DNA of 64,000 nucleotides from an uncultured Methanosarcinaceae archaeon (GCA_963727895.1 CAVSHT010000004.1:32001-96000), one strand, 5' to 3'. Positions 1 to 10,810 are shown, counted from the stretch's first letter. The notes: generated from the sequence alone by a model not told the origin. Translations and numbers: made by a program.

Positions 1-1203
1 GCAATCTGTGTCAGAATCCATCTTGCTCTCTTTGATCCTCTCTTTGTGATTCTTCCGTTGTGGTATTTATCTGCAGATTGGTACACATTAGGAACCAGAC
101 CAAGCCAGGAAGCAAGCTTATCTCCAGAAGAAAAATCCTTGAAATTGCCTATTTCAGCAAGTAGAATTGCCGCACCAAGTTCTCCTATACCTGGAACTGA
201 CATTAAAATCTCCATTTCTCGCTTATGATTTCGATAAGCATAATTGAAAATTTCTTTTTCTAAAGCTTCGAGTCTCATCATCAAGACTCTTTATGAGTTT
301 CAGACAGATCTGAAGTCTGAATGCAGCACTTTGAGAGATTTCTCGATCAAGAATTTCTCTTATCTGAGCAGCTTTTTTTACGAACATTTGGAGAGAGGCT
401 TGCGATAATCTGGTCAACAGTCTTACCTGAAGAGATTCCTGATAAGATCATTCTGCCATTCTTGCCAAAAATGTCTGTCAGCACATTCTTCAGGTTTAAC
501 ATTTCAGATGCAAGAATTGAGTGAGCTTTATTTTTTAGATCTGTTCTTTTTTGTACAAGTGTTAACCGAAGTCGAACATATGATCTAAAATCTCTATGAT
601 CCTTTGGAAAAACTCTTGATGGCTGAATCATATTATTAAGTGCAAGTTGTGCAATGACTTCTGAGTCAATCTTATCTGTTTTTTTATGGGTAAATACCTT
701 CATATCTCGCGCATTTCCAACTATTACAGGTAGATGCTTTATCAATGAATCATGAATCGGAACCCAAAAGTCACTTGTTGATTCACATGCAACAACATCA
801 CATTTTTCTGATGTTACCCAATTTTTAAGGGCTAAAATTCCCTCATCATCTCTGTTGAAACGTTGCTGTTGTTTTTCACCAGATCGACTGAGAATTGTAG
901 CAATGAAAAAGAGTTTGTGAATGTCTAAACCACAAGCTTTGTTTATGACTTCAATCAAATTAATATCACCCAATTTATTTGGGCAGTGGAATTGCCTAAA
1001 AGGCCAATTTAGCATCCGTGATCAAAGTCACACTTGAGCCTTCGATGGCAATTCACTGATTAGTTTTATGACGGTTTTGAAAAACCAAAATCAGGACAAC
1101 CTTACTGCCCAAGGTAATGAGGGCTTAATAGTCCAAAAAAAGAACGGTAGAGTACTTTCATTTCGTTGTGCTTGTTATTCGAAGAATATCATGTGCGTTT
1201 TAG
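1..1203 (-). mobile_element. IS110-family element (copy A), runs off the left edge; transposase frameshifted near 375
   Basis: ORFs 347..1015 and upstream frames give CGLDIHK, ACEST, KTDKIDS, SVPGIG and QSAD motifs. Near-identical to 20545..22056. About 240-bp non-coding end finishing in TTTTAG. Confidence 0.9.
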
Positions 1204-1694
1204 GGGTAAGCCATGTTTCTGTCCAAAAATGGATCAAGAAATTTGGTCAAGAGTGAGAGAACCTAAAAAGTGAAAGTGAGATATCTATTGTTGAAATGGA
1301 TGAGATGCACACTTACGTCGGTAACAAAAAAAATATTGCTGGATCTGGATTGCTGTTGATAGAGTTGGGAAAAAGTTCATCAACTGCTCTTTTGGCAGCA
1401 GAGGAACGGAAACTGGAAAACTACTCTGGGAAAAATTGAAGAAAAAAGACATTGGAGAAGTGATGACAGATCACTGGAGAGCATATGCAGAGTTTCTTCC
1501 AGAAAAGATTCATACTCAATCAAAAGCAGAAACATTTACAGTTGAGAGATATAACAGCATATTGAGGCATTTTCTAGCAAGATTAAGAAGAAAGACAAAG
1601 TGTTATACGAAGAGTCTTGAAATGCTAAAGTACTCGGTTATTCTATTGATGAAATACAGAAATAAAGAACTAGATATATTTAGATAACAATACC
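1204..1694 (+). mobile_element. 3' half of IS1-family element (interrupted by IS110), transposase pseudogene
   Basis: VSHVSVQKWIKKFG, VEMDEMHTY, A8 slippery run, TDHWRAY and RHFLARLRRKTKCY. Right IR TAACAATACC. In-frame TGA at 1254. Confidence 0.9.
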
Positions 1695-1746
1695 ACAAAA
1701 ACAAGTTTGAATATCAAAAAAAAAGAATAGGAAAATATCTTATCTT

Positions 1747-1917
1747 TTAATTATCGCACTCGATCTGATGGATCAAATCACTGGTATATGCTTCAGAGAG
1801 ATATACATCTGAGTTACATGGCGCGATTTTTACCAGTCTCCCAAATCTTGAGACATACATGTCAGAACCGCGTGAAGTTCTCACTTTTGTAAAAGTATAT
1901 CCTTTTGCAAAAATCAT
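1747..1917 (-). CDS. small hypothetical protein, 56 aa (MIFAKGYTFTKVRTSRGSDMYVSRFG...)
   Basis: ATG at 1917 preceded by GGAGGTAAAAA. Open frame to TAA at 1747. Below the ORF-track cutoff. Confidence 0.5.
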   Translation of the reverse strand: MIFAKGYTFTKVRTSRGSDMYVSRFGRLVKIAPCNSDVYLSEAYTSDLIHQIECDN

Positions 1918-2102
1918 TTTTTACCTCCAACACTTAATATGTCAGGCTAAACATATTAAGATTTTTTTACCTATCAATCGTTACATTTTTACAGGTTTAA
2001 ATATTGATTAAAAAGAAAGCCACTCAAGCAACTAAATAACAGAAATCATGGGTTTCGATAACTTGTTATCAGAAAAACGTAATTAGAAAAAGACGATTTT
2101 GA

Positions 2103-2175
2103 ATTACAGGAAGCTCTCTCCCAAAAGCTCCCTGCATATCCACAAAAAGAGGTTTATTTTACAATCTAAATACTC
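2103..2175 (-). ncRNA. candidate small RNA, copy 1 (GNRA hairpin)
   Basis: Minus-strand CAGGGAGCUUUU-GGGA-GAGAGCUUCCUG hairpin. TATA-like TTTATAAG upstream. Paralogue at 31117..31190. Confidence 0.45.
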
Positions 2176-2220
2176 CATTCGCCCTTATAAATACTAAAGA
2201 AGAAGTTTTTCTGAATATTA

Positions 2221-2338
2221 TAGGACTTACGCACTTGAAGTATAAAATCAAGAACAATTGACGTTGTGACGAATTAGGCGTTTTAGACAGTTAAGGGTTT
2301 AATGCTATTGATTTCTCAGTCCAACTGCGTAAGTCCTA
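2221..2338. mobile_element. MITE with IS701-type ends
   Basis: Perfect IR TAGGACTTACGCA...TGCGTAAGTCCTA. Same ends as the IS701 element 58785..59924. Sister copy at 60361..60478. Confidence 0.8.
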
Positions 2339-2548
2339 TATTATTTTGAGATAAAAGAAATAACAGAGTTGGAACGACTTAAAAATCAGAAGGTAATTGA
2401 GGTACCTGGAACTAAAAAGACATAGTGGAGATTCCGGTAGTGTATCATGTTCTATTTTCAATCATTTGTAATCAATTTCTATATATGACATCTCGCTGTC
2501 TGGGTTAAATCCGAGAACACCATCTATTGCAATTGCTTCTCCTGTTTC

Positions 2549-2698
2549 GGTTCCGTTGCAAAAATATTTCCCTCATACTTTAAGGCTATTATTCTTTCCT
2601 TCAAATATTATTTTAACCCCAATTTGATCACTCAAATTGCTTTATTGTGAAGGTTTTCAATGATTTTGTAAAATGCCCTGATTTTTTGCAACGGAACC
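2549..2698. mobile_element. 150-bp IS6-derived MITE
   Basis: IR GGTTCCGTTGCAAAAA at both ends. Internal sequence shared with 11694, 12525, 14176 and 32923. Confidence 0.85.
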
Positions 2699-3737
2699 TA
2701 AAATAAAAATGAAATCAAAGGTAGTGACATGCTATCTAATTCCTTTAAATGGAAGCACTTTGTAGGTGAAATTATCTTATTGAATGTTAGATGGTACTTA
2801 AAATATCCATTAAGTTATCGAAATTTAAAGGAAATGATGACAGAAAGAGGGGTAATAGTCAACCATACAACCATTATGAGATGGGTACATCAATACTCAC
2901 CTGAAATAGAAAAGAAGATCAGAAGACATTTAAGACCAACAAATGACTCTTGGAGAGTTGATGAAACTTACATCGGAGTTAAAGGTGAATGAAAATATTT
3001 TTACCGAGCAGTTGAATCAAATGGAGATACGATTGATTTCATGTTAAGTGCAAAACGAGACCAAAAAGCAGCAAACAGATTATTCAAAAAAGCTTTGAAC
3101 TCTAATCATAATCAAATTCCAAGAGTAATAACAGTTGACAAAAATCCAGCTTATCCACCTGCTATAAATAAACTGAAAAATGATAAAATACTACCTATAA
3201 ACGTAGGCATTAGACAAATCAAGTATTTGAATAACATTATAGAACAAGATCATAGATCCATTAAAAGAATAGTTAATCCAATGTTAGGATTTTAGTCTTT
3301 TCATACAGCCATTTGAACTCTAATCATAATCAAATTCCAAGAGTAATCACAGTTGACAAAAATCCAGCTTATCCACCTGCTATAAATAAACTGAAAAATG
3401 ATAAAATACTACCTATAAACGTAGGCATTAGACAAATCAAATATTTGAATAACATTATAGAACAAGATCATAGATCCATTAAAAGAATAGTTAATCCAAT
3501 GTTAGGATTTCAGTCTTTTCATACAGCCATTAAAACTTTAAAAGGAATTGAAGCGATGAATATGATTAAAAAAGAACAAGTCAAGAATCTAGATTACTCT
3601 GGCTTTAATGAAGCTAAATATATTAATCAATTATTTGGAATAGTTCTATAATATTGACACATCTTTTTGAATATTTTAACTTTTGTTTATTGATTATGGA
3701 TTTACATGCTTATTCTGAGATTTTTTGCAACGGAACC
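2699..3737 (+). mobile_element. IS6-family element, pseudogene (left IR replaced by MITE, TGA at 2990, TAG at 3293, 218-bp internal duplication)
   Basis: FKWKHF, WRVDETYI, TVDKNPAY and NNIIEQDHR motifs. Right IR TTGCAACGGAACC. Confidence 0.9.
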
Positions 3738-4017
3738 CTTAAGAATGCATAGTTTTTCCATCACATTACAGAACTGTGATAGAGTACCAATACAAAAAAT
3801 TGATACTGAAACCAATGAAACTCAAATTGGGTACATACCATATTACCAGCGTCTTGCCCCTGAAGTGGACAGCCTTCTAACGCTTGAACCCACACTTTCC
3901 GCAAGAGCCATTGCCGAAAGACTTAATATAGGAAAAGATACGGCGCTAAAAGCTATAAAATACATTAGAGATTCAAGAGCCTCCAGGTATCAAGAAAAAA
4001 CGCCTGGATTAATATGA
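3738..4017 (+). pseudogene. 3' fragment of an HTH-containing protein truncated by IS6
   Basis: LSARAIAERLNIGKDTALKAIKYI is an HTH-like segment. The 5' end lies in the IS6 IR. Confidence 0.45.
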
Positions 4018-5080
4018 ACTACTTTCTTCAAAATTTTTACTTTTTTTCTTTTTCCAGAAATACACTTCTTTTTCGCAGACAGTTTTTAGACTGTTGCTTT
4101 CATACAAACACTATGGGTACACTTCTTACAAACATTTTACTTATCATCTCATTTTTTGTGTCTGCTCCAATAAAATCAGTATCAGAAGGAAAAAATGACT
4201 TGTTACTTATTACTAACTAGACATGCGTCTGAGAGTAGCAGACAGACAGACAAAACGAAAATTGCTTTTTGCTAGTGGTGGAAGGATTGAGTTTTAAGGG
4301 GAATTTTTCTAAAGAGTTGCAGAAATGGCTTTGAAGATTTTGAAACATGCAAGCCATGCGAAAACGCTATCATTGGAAACAGACAGGTGGTCTTTTTTGT
4401 ATCTCTAAATGATTATATAGACGTGCAAGGCACAGGGAGCAGCCAGCCAGAAGAACACACCAATATTTCAACGAATCAGCCGATATTATAGTAAACATTT
4501 TATATATATTTAAACACATATAATATAATTACTTACTAAAAGTTTTGTTACCATTAAAAACATTGCAGGAGTTCTCTATCACCTCTTCTACACCCTCCTA
4601 ATAAAGCCGTTCGTCCTTGGGCGACACTTCCTGCTGTTAGGGTTTTTCAAGCTTTCCCTGACAGCACACTCCTCTTTTCCTCTCATTATTTTCTAAAGCA
4701 ACGGGAATCCTACTTATGGATCTTGAAGAGCACATACTCCCCTTTTTTAAGGCTCTAGGAAAGGTTTGAAAAAATTGTAAGGTAATTTGCTTACGGTGCG
4801 GGAGTTTGAGGCTGTAGAAGCAAATTTGAGGCGTTTGTTTTAGTCGTTGAGATGTTGTAACCAACTGTGACCAAGTAACGTACTTTACAAGATTTATCTC
4901 AAAATTGATTTTCTTAATTTCTTTTTTTACTTATTTATTTTTTATATCCTACACTAATCGTATCAAATTTAGACTATTTTTAGTTAAATCTTAACTTTAA
5001 TCTTATAAGACTTATCTTTTAATTGTCAGGATTTCATGAGATCCTTGTTTTTGCTTTCAACCTTCTTTCTGTTTTGTCTG

Positions 5081-5782
5081 TTATGCAGTTACTGTCTGTT
5101 CCGGTGAACCTGTCAACCATAGCTCTTCAGTTGGAATTTGTCTTGCAAAAATCAACCTTAGCTCTTTTCTTCCGTGGTCTGCTTTATCGATAAATATATC
5201 ATTAGTTGCACATCTCTGTTCAACTGTCTCAAAAATATCACGTTTTAGTTTTCTCAGATTCTTCGTAGACTCAGGCTGGAATTCTTCAGGTAGATAATTC
5301 TCAACGAATTTTTTAAAGTCTCTGGAGTCTAGTACTCTAGTATCAATATTAGCAAAAGGTGAAACTGCTTTTGGGAGGTCAGTACTTTTTTTCATGTACT
5401 CAATGAGAAAATCAGCGCGAATTTCTGTGATATTTTTAGAAGGTGCTATAAGTGATCGATCAATAAGTTCAGGTTTTAACGTAGTGTTTATTTTAGACAC
5501 TAAATCGTTAAGCCTGGTTATCTGCATAGGAATAGTAGGTTCATGGTCTTCATCATCGTAAGAAAAGTCCTCAATTCCTAAAACAGTTTCAATTTCTGCA
5601 AGTCTCTGAACTGGTCTGATCTCAGAAGTTGCAAGATTAGCATTGAATTTTGTCTTAATTTCTTCCTGGAATTCAAGATCTTCGTTGATTAGATATCTTG
5701 TGAAACCTTTGAGTGCCTCAACAAATCCAGGCTGTTCAAAAAAGTGCATAAACTCTTCAGGTACATAATCAGCGAGACTCAT
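5081..5782 (-). CDS. hypothetical protein of an integrated mobile-element segment; paralogue of 48701..49384
   Basis: 233-aa ORF with GGAGG RBS. High identity to the 48.7-kb copy from LATSEIRP onward. Confidence 0.8.
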   Translation of the reverse strand: MSLADYVPEEFMHFFEQPGFVEALKGFTRYLINEDLEFQEEIKTKFNANLATSEIRPVQRLAEIETVLGIEDFSYDDEDHEPTIPMQITRLNDLVSKINTTLKPELIDRSLIAPSKNITEIRADFLIEYMKKSTDLPKAVSPFANIDTRVLDSRDFKKFVENYLPEEFQPESTKNLRKLKRDIFETVEQRCATNDIFIDKADHGRKELRLIFARQIPTEELWLTGSPEQTVTA

Positions 5783-5928
5783 AAAAAGCCTCCTGAGATC
5801 GTGATGTGTTCAAAAAACGATACGAAAATTATATAAGCAAAGCTGTTGTTGTAATTATTGTTCATATACTATAACTCCTTATCTACAAGGGGTAGGGGGT
5901 TACAGGGTCCAAGCTGTAACCTCAACAA

Positions 5929-6231
5929 TTAATCTTTTTTAATCATTTCTTCTAGTTTTTCATTCACTATATATTGTTCAAGAAGCATTATTGCCTCTAC
6001 CTTTTTATTATTTAAATTCAGTTTATAATATTGAATTTGTCCGGCCTTTCCAGCCTTTACAATAATATCGTCTTTTAGCAAATTTTTAACATATTTGATT
6101 ACTGCAACTCTCGAGACATCTGTCATTCTGGCAATGTCAGCTAAATACAATTTATCATTATAATTTTCAACGAATGCTTCCAACACTCTTAATCGTGGAC
6201 TATCGCCTAATAATTCTGACAGCACGCTCAT
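5929..6231 (-). CDS. winged-helix transcriptional regulator
   Basis: LGDSPRLRVLEAF...LADIARMTDVSRVAVIKYVKNL...YYKLN is an archaeal wHTH pattern. Confidence 0.75.
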   Translation of the reverse strand: MSVLSELLGDSPRLRVLEAFVENYNDKLYLADIARMTDVSRVAVIKYVKNLLKDDIIVKAGKAGQIQYYKLNLNNKKVEAIMLLEQYIVNEKLEEMIKKD

Positions 6232-6305
6232 ATCTTATACTTTATGCCAAAGACTGTATATAATGTTTACTATTCTGCTTATTAAGTAGTCATTTTCGAT
6301 GCGTC

Positions 6306-6916
6306 GGTTCCGTTGCAAAAAATATTTGTTAAGGATATAATAAAATAAAAGGGAAGTAAAGGATAGTGATATGCTATCTAATCCCTTTAAATGGAAGCAT
6401 TTTGTAGGTGAAATTATTTTATTAAATGTCAGATGGTACTTAAAATACCCATTGAGTTATCGAAATTTAAAGGGAATGATGGCAGAAAGAGGGGTAATAG
6501 TCAACCATACAACCATTATGAGATGGGTACATCAATACTCATCTGAAATAGAAAAGAAGATCAGAAGGCATTTAAGACCAACAAATGACTCTTGGAGAGT
6601 TGATGAAACTTACATCGGAGTTAAAGGTGAATGAAAGTATTTTTACCGAGCAGTTGAATCAAATGGAGATACAATTGATTTCATGTTAAGTGCAAAACGA
6701 GACCAAAAAGCAGCGAACAGATTCTTCAAAAAAGCTTTGAACTCTAATCATAATCAAATTCCAAGAGTAATCACAGTTGACAAAAATCCAGCTTATCCAC
6801 CTGCTATAAATAAACTGAAAAATGATAAAATACTACCTATAAACGTAGGCATTCGACAAATCAAGTATTTGAATAACATTATAGAACAAGATCATAGATC
6901 CATTAAAAGAATAGTT
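6306..6916 (+). mobile_element. IS6 element, 3' end deleted at IS1; TGA at 6632
   Basis: Left IR plus IS6 transposase ORFs 6371..6634 and 6683..6916. Confidence 0.9.
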
Positions 6917-7674
6917 GGTATTGTTACTTAACTATATCTAGTTCTTTATTTCTGTATTTCATCAATAGAATAACCGAGTACTTTAGCATTTCAAGACTCT
7001 TCGTATAACACTGACTCTTCGTATAACACTTTGTCTTTCTTCTCAACCTTGCCAGAAAGTGCCTCAATATGCTGTTATATCCTTCAACAGTATACGTTTT
7101 TGCTTTTGATTGAGTATGGATCTTTTCTGGAATAAACTCTGCATATGCTCTCCAGTGATCGGTCATCACTTCTCCAATCTCTTTTTTCTTCAATTTTTCC
7201 CAGAGTAATTTTCCAGTTTCCGTTCCTCTGCTACCAAAAGAGCAGTTGATGAACTTTTTCCCAACTCTATCAACAGCAATCCAGATACAGCAATATTTTT
7301 TTTGTTACCGATGTAAGTGTGCATTTCATCCATTTCAACAATAGATATCTCATTTTCACTTTTTAGGTTCTTTCACTCCTGACCAAATTTCTTGATCCAT
7401 TTTTGGACAGAAACATGACTTACCCCTAAAACTCTTTCTATTGAGCGGAAGCCCAATCCTTCAAGATAGAGTTGTAAAGCCTGTCTTTTTACAGAAGCGG
7501 AAAAAGCAGTTGATTTTAGCTCTACTGTATAGTTATAGCCACAATCAGAGCATTTGTACCGTTGACGCCCGCCAACTATACCATTCTTTTTGTGACTGGA
7601 ACTATTGCATCTGGGGCGGTTCATGAAGAAATATACTTTCTAATAGTATATAACAATGTTTAATTACCAATGCC
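6917..7674 (-). mobile_element. IS1-family element, full length but defective
   Basis: IRs GGTATTGTTA / TTACCAATGCC. Zinc-ribbon/HTH ORF 7373..7624 stopped by TGA. DDE ORF carries an 18-bp duplication. Confidence 0.9.
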
Positions 7675-8017
7675 TCATTTATTATTGAGTAAATAGGCTG
7701 TATTTTTGAATAATTACGAAAAAAGTGAGAATATTAGTTAAAAAAATTCCTTGTTAACTTATGTTTGAGAAACCAGACTTGATAACATCTGTTTTTTATT
7801 ATCATTGGATTCTTAATTATATTTCTCTAAATAGTATATAACAATGTTTAATTACCAATGCCTCATTTATTATTGAGTAAATAGGCTGTATTTTTGAATA
7901 ATTACGAAAAAAGTGAGAATATTAGTTAAAAAAATTCCTTGTTAACTTATGTTTGAGAAACCAGACTTGATAACATCTGTTTTTTATTATCATTGGATTC
8001 TTAATTATATTTCTCTA
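7642..8017. repeat. 188-bp tandem duplication including the IS1 left end
   Basis: 7642..7829 is repeated at 7830..8017. Confidence 0.9.
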
Positions 8018-8162
8018 GCTATTATATACCATATACAATATAGAGACCCTTGTTATAATTTAAAGCATATCTTGATCAGGACATAAAATAAGGTTATTCT
8101 AGTCGATTTTATTAACTGGTCATTGGCTTAGATTGTATCAACATCTAAAAGGAGATTAATGT

Positions 8163-8444
8163 ATGGGGAAACAAACATTTAAAAAGAAAGCAGCAATACT
8201 GTTTTCATTGTTTTTAATAATAGCATTGACTGCCTCATCAGCATCTGCATGGTATTCGAAAGGAACAGCAGCATCAACAGGAACAAAATCAGCAGGTGCG
8301 GCATCTACAACTGTAAATACCATGAATACGGCTAGTACTGGTACTGGTAGTTGTAGTAGCAGTGGCGGCTGTAGTGGCAGTGGCGGAAGTAGTAGCGGCG
8401 GCTGTAGTGGCAGTGGCGGAAGTAGTAGCAGTGGTGGATGTTAG
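8163..8444 (+). CDS. small secreted Gly/Ser/Cys-rich protein with MGKQT leader
   Basis: AAGGAGA RBS. Basic N-terminus, hydrophobic helix and ASA cleavage site. C-terminal (SSGGCSGSGGS) repeats. Confidence 0.8.
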   Translation: MGKQTFKKKAAILFSLFLIIALTASSASAWYSKGTAASTGTKSAGAASTTVNTMNTASTGTGSCSSSGGCSGSGGSSSGGCSGSGGSSSSGGC

Positions 8445-8603
8445 AAATAATCACATAACTTGAAGAAACACTTAGAGTCTATCCAAAAAAATGGTGCAAC
8501 GTTTACAATTTTTATAAAATACCATTATTGAGTTTTTGGACTGACTCCAAGTTCCTTTTTTCTGATATCTTAATTCAACCTATTCACCAAACACTGTCGT
8601 TTT

Positions 8604-9471
8604 GGTTCCGTTGCAAAAAATATCTGCTAAGGATATAATTAAAATAAAAATGAAATCAAAGGTAGTGACATGCTATCTAATTCCTTTAAATGGAAGCACT
8701 TTGTAGGTGAAATTATCTTATTGAATGTTAGATGGTACTTAAAATATCCATTAAGTTATCGAAATTTAAAGGAAATGATGACAGAAAGAGGGGTAATAGT
8801 CAACCATACAACCATTATGAGATGGGTACATCAATACTCACCTGAAATAGAAAAGAAGGTCAGAAGACATTTAAGACCAACAAACGACTCTTGGAGAGTT
8901 GATGAAACTTACATCGGAGTTAAAGGTAAATGGAAATATTTTTATCGAGCAGTTGACTCAAATGGAGATACAATTGATTTCATGTTGAGTGCAAAACGAA
9001 ATAAAAAAGCAGCAAACAGATTCTTCAAAAAAGCTTTGAACTCTAATCATAATCAAATTCCAAGAGTAATAACAATTGATAAAAATCCAGCTTATCCACC
9101 TGCTATAGATAAACTAAAAAATGACAAACTACTACCTATAAACGTAGGCATTCGACAAATCAAGTATTTGAATAACATTATAGAACAGGATCATAGATCC
9201 ATTAAACGAATAGTTAATCCAATGTTAGGATTTCAGTCTTTTAACACAGCTATTAAGACTTTAAAAGGAATTGAAGCGATGAATATGATTAAAAAAGAAC
9301 AAGTCAAGAATCTAAATTACTCTAGTCTTAATGAAGCTAAATATGTTAATCAATTATTTGGAATAGTTCTATTAATTAATTAATTAATTAATTAATCTTT
9401 GTGAATATTTTAACTTTTGTTTATTATCCATAGACTTACATGCTTATTCTGAGATTTTTTGCAACGGAACC
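8604..9471 (+). mobile_element. IS6-family element with intact transposase (8670..9383)
   Basis: Both IRs present. 237-aa DDE ORF (VDETY, TIDK, IEQDH). Confidence 0.95.
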
Positions 9472-9483
9472 AATTGCCAAGAC

Positions 9484-9577
9484 ACTAGTGTCGAGTAAAT
9501 CCTTAAGAATTCAATGATTCCGAATAATTAATTGCAATCGATTTGATACGACATTTTGCTGTTGACCCGACACTAGT
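9484..9577. mobile_element. short MITE-like element
   Basis: IR ACTAGTGTCG...CGACACTAGT. Only one copy seen. Confidence 0.45.
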
Positions 9578-9665
9578 TCAGAGAAATAGTTTTTAGTTTT
9601 AGGATAGGTTCAATGGCTATTGTGAGCAAGAAACCTTGTTATCTGAACTTGAATCTTTTGGGGTC

Positions 9666-10810
9666 TTATTGGGGATAGGCAATTAAAATATTCTTTTGTT
9701 TCTCACTTATTTTTTCCGAATTTTCATATCTGCAATGATAGCTTTCCCCTGAGGCTGTAAGTGGATCTACATGGATAGTTGTTCCGAAAAGATAGGAAAA
9801 GTTCTCCAGAAGCTTTTCTCTTATCGCTTTAGCAATTTCATGTCCCTCTTCAACCGAAATCGAAGGCGCAACGGCAACATTGATCTCCACATGGAGCTGA
9901 TGTCCGATCCAACGGACTCTAAGATCCGTAACTTCACAAACACCTTCAACACTCCCAGCAATACTTTTTACGTCATCAATAACTTCAGGTTCAACACCGT
10001 CAAGAAGGCGAGTAAACACGAGTTTGCTTATGTCAAAGACTATTTTCAGGATTGTTATTGTGATTAGCACACCAATAAGAGGATCAATTATAGGGTACCC
10101 TAACCAGATTCCTGCAGCTCCGATAAGAACTGCAAGGCTGGCAAAGCCATCTACCCGAGCATGGTAGCCGTCAGCAATAAGAGCTGCACTCCCAATTTCC
10201 TTCCCTATTTTCATTCGGAACTGGGCTACTAACTCGTTTCCAACACAGCCTATAATCCCGGCGACAACTACAGCCTGCAAATGCTCTACCGGTTGTGGGT
10301 TGAAAAAGCGGTTTATAGACTCATATCCTGCAACTATCGCACTGAAAAGGATGAGGAAAACAATGATCATTCCTGCAAGATCTTCTACTCTGCCATACCC
10401 GTAGGAGAAGCATTTGTTTGGCTTTTTTCTGACCAGGGAAAAAGCTATTGCAAGAGGAATTGCAGTAGATGCATCCCCAAAGTTATGGATGGTATCGGCA
10501 AGAAGAGCAACACTGCCTGACATATAAACAATGGTAATTTGCAGGATAGCTGTGATCATCAGCCCTATAAATGACCATTTGACAACCCAGAGCCCTTTGC
10601 TAGTAGCAAGTATGGGAAGGGATCAACAGTTCCATGAGTATGACTGTGCCCATGGGAATGGGCCTGGGAATGAATTAAGGATTTCTCATGAGAATGAGCA
10701 TGAAAATGGGGGTGGAATTTAAAAAATCCTTTTTTGTGGGTATTCTCATGTAGCTGCTCGGGGCAGCTCTCCTTTTCAGGGGGATGAAAATTAGAATACT
10801 TTTCAGACAT
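9666..10810 (-). pseudogene. cation diffusion facilitator (Zn/Co/Cd/Fe) transporter, frameshifted near 10615
   Basis: His-rich N-terminus (10565..10810). SVALLADTIHNFGD, FSYGYGRVED and ADGYHARVD motifs in 9666..10559. Extra Cs in GATCCCTTCCCATA. Confidence 0.85.

Noticed and set aside
9371..9396. (ATTA)n run at the IS6 transposase stop
   Set aside because: Simple slippage adding three residues, with no sign of function.
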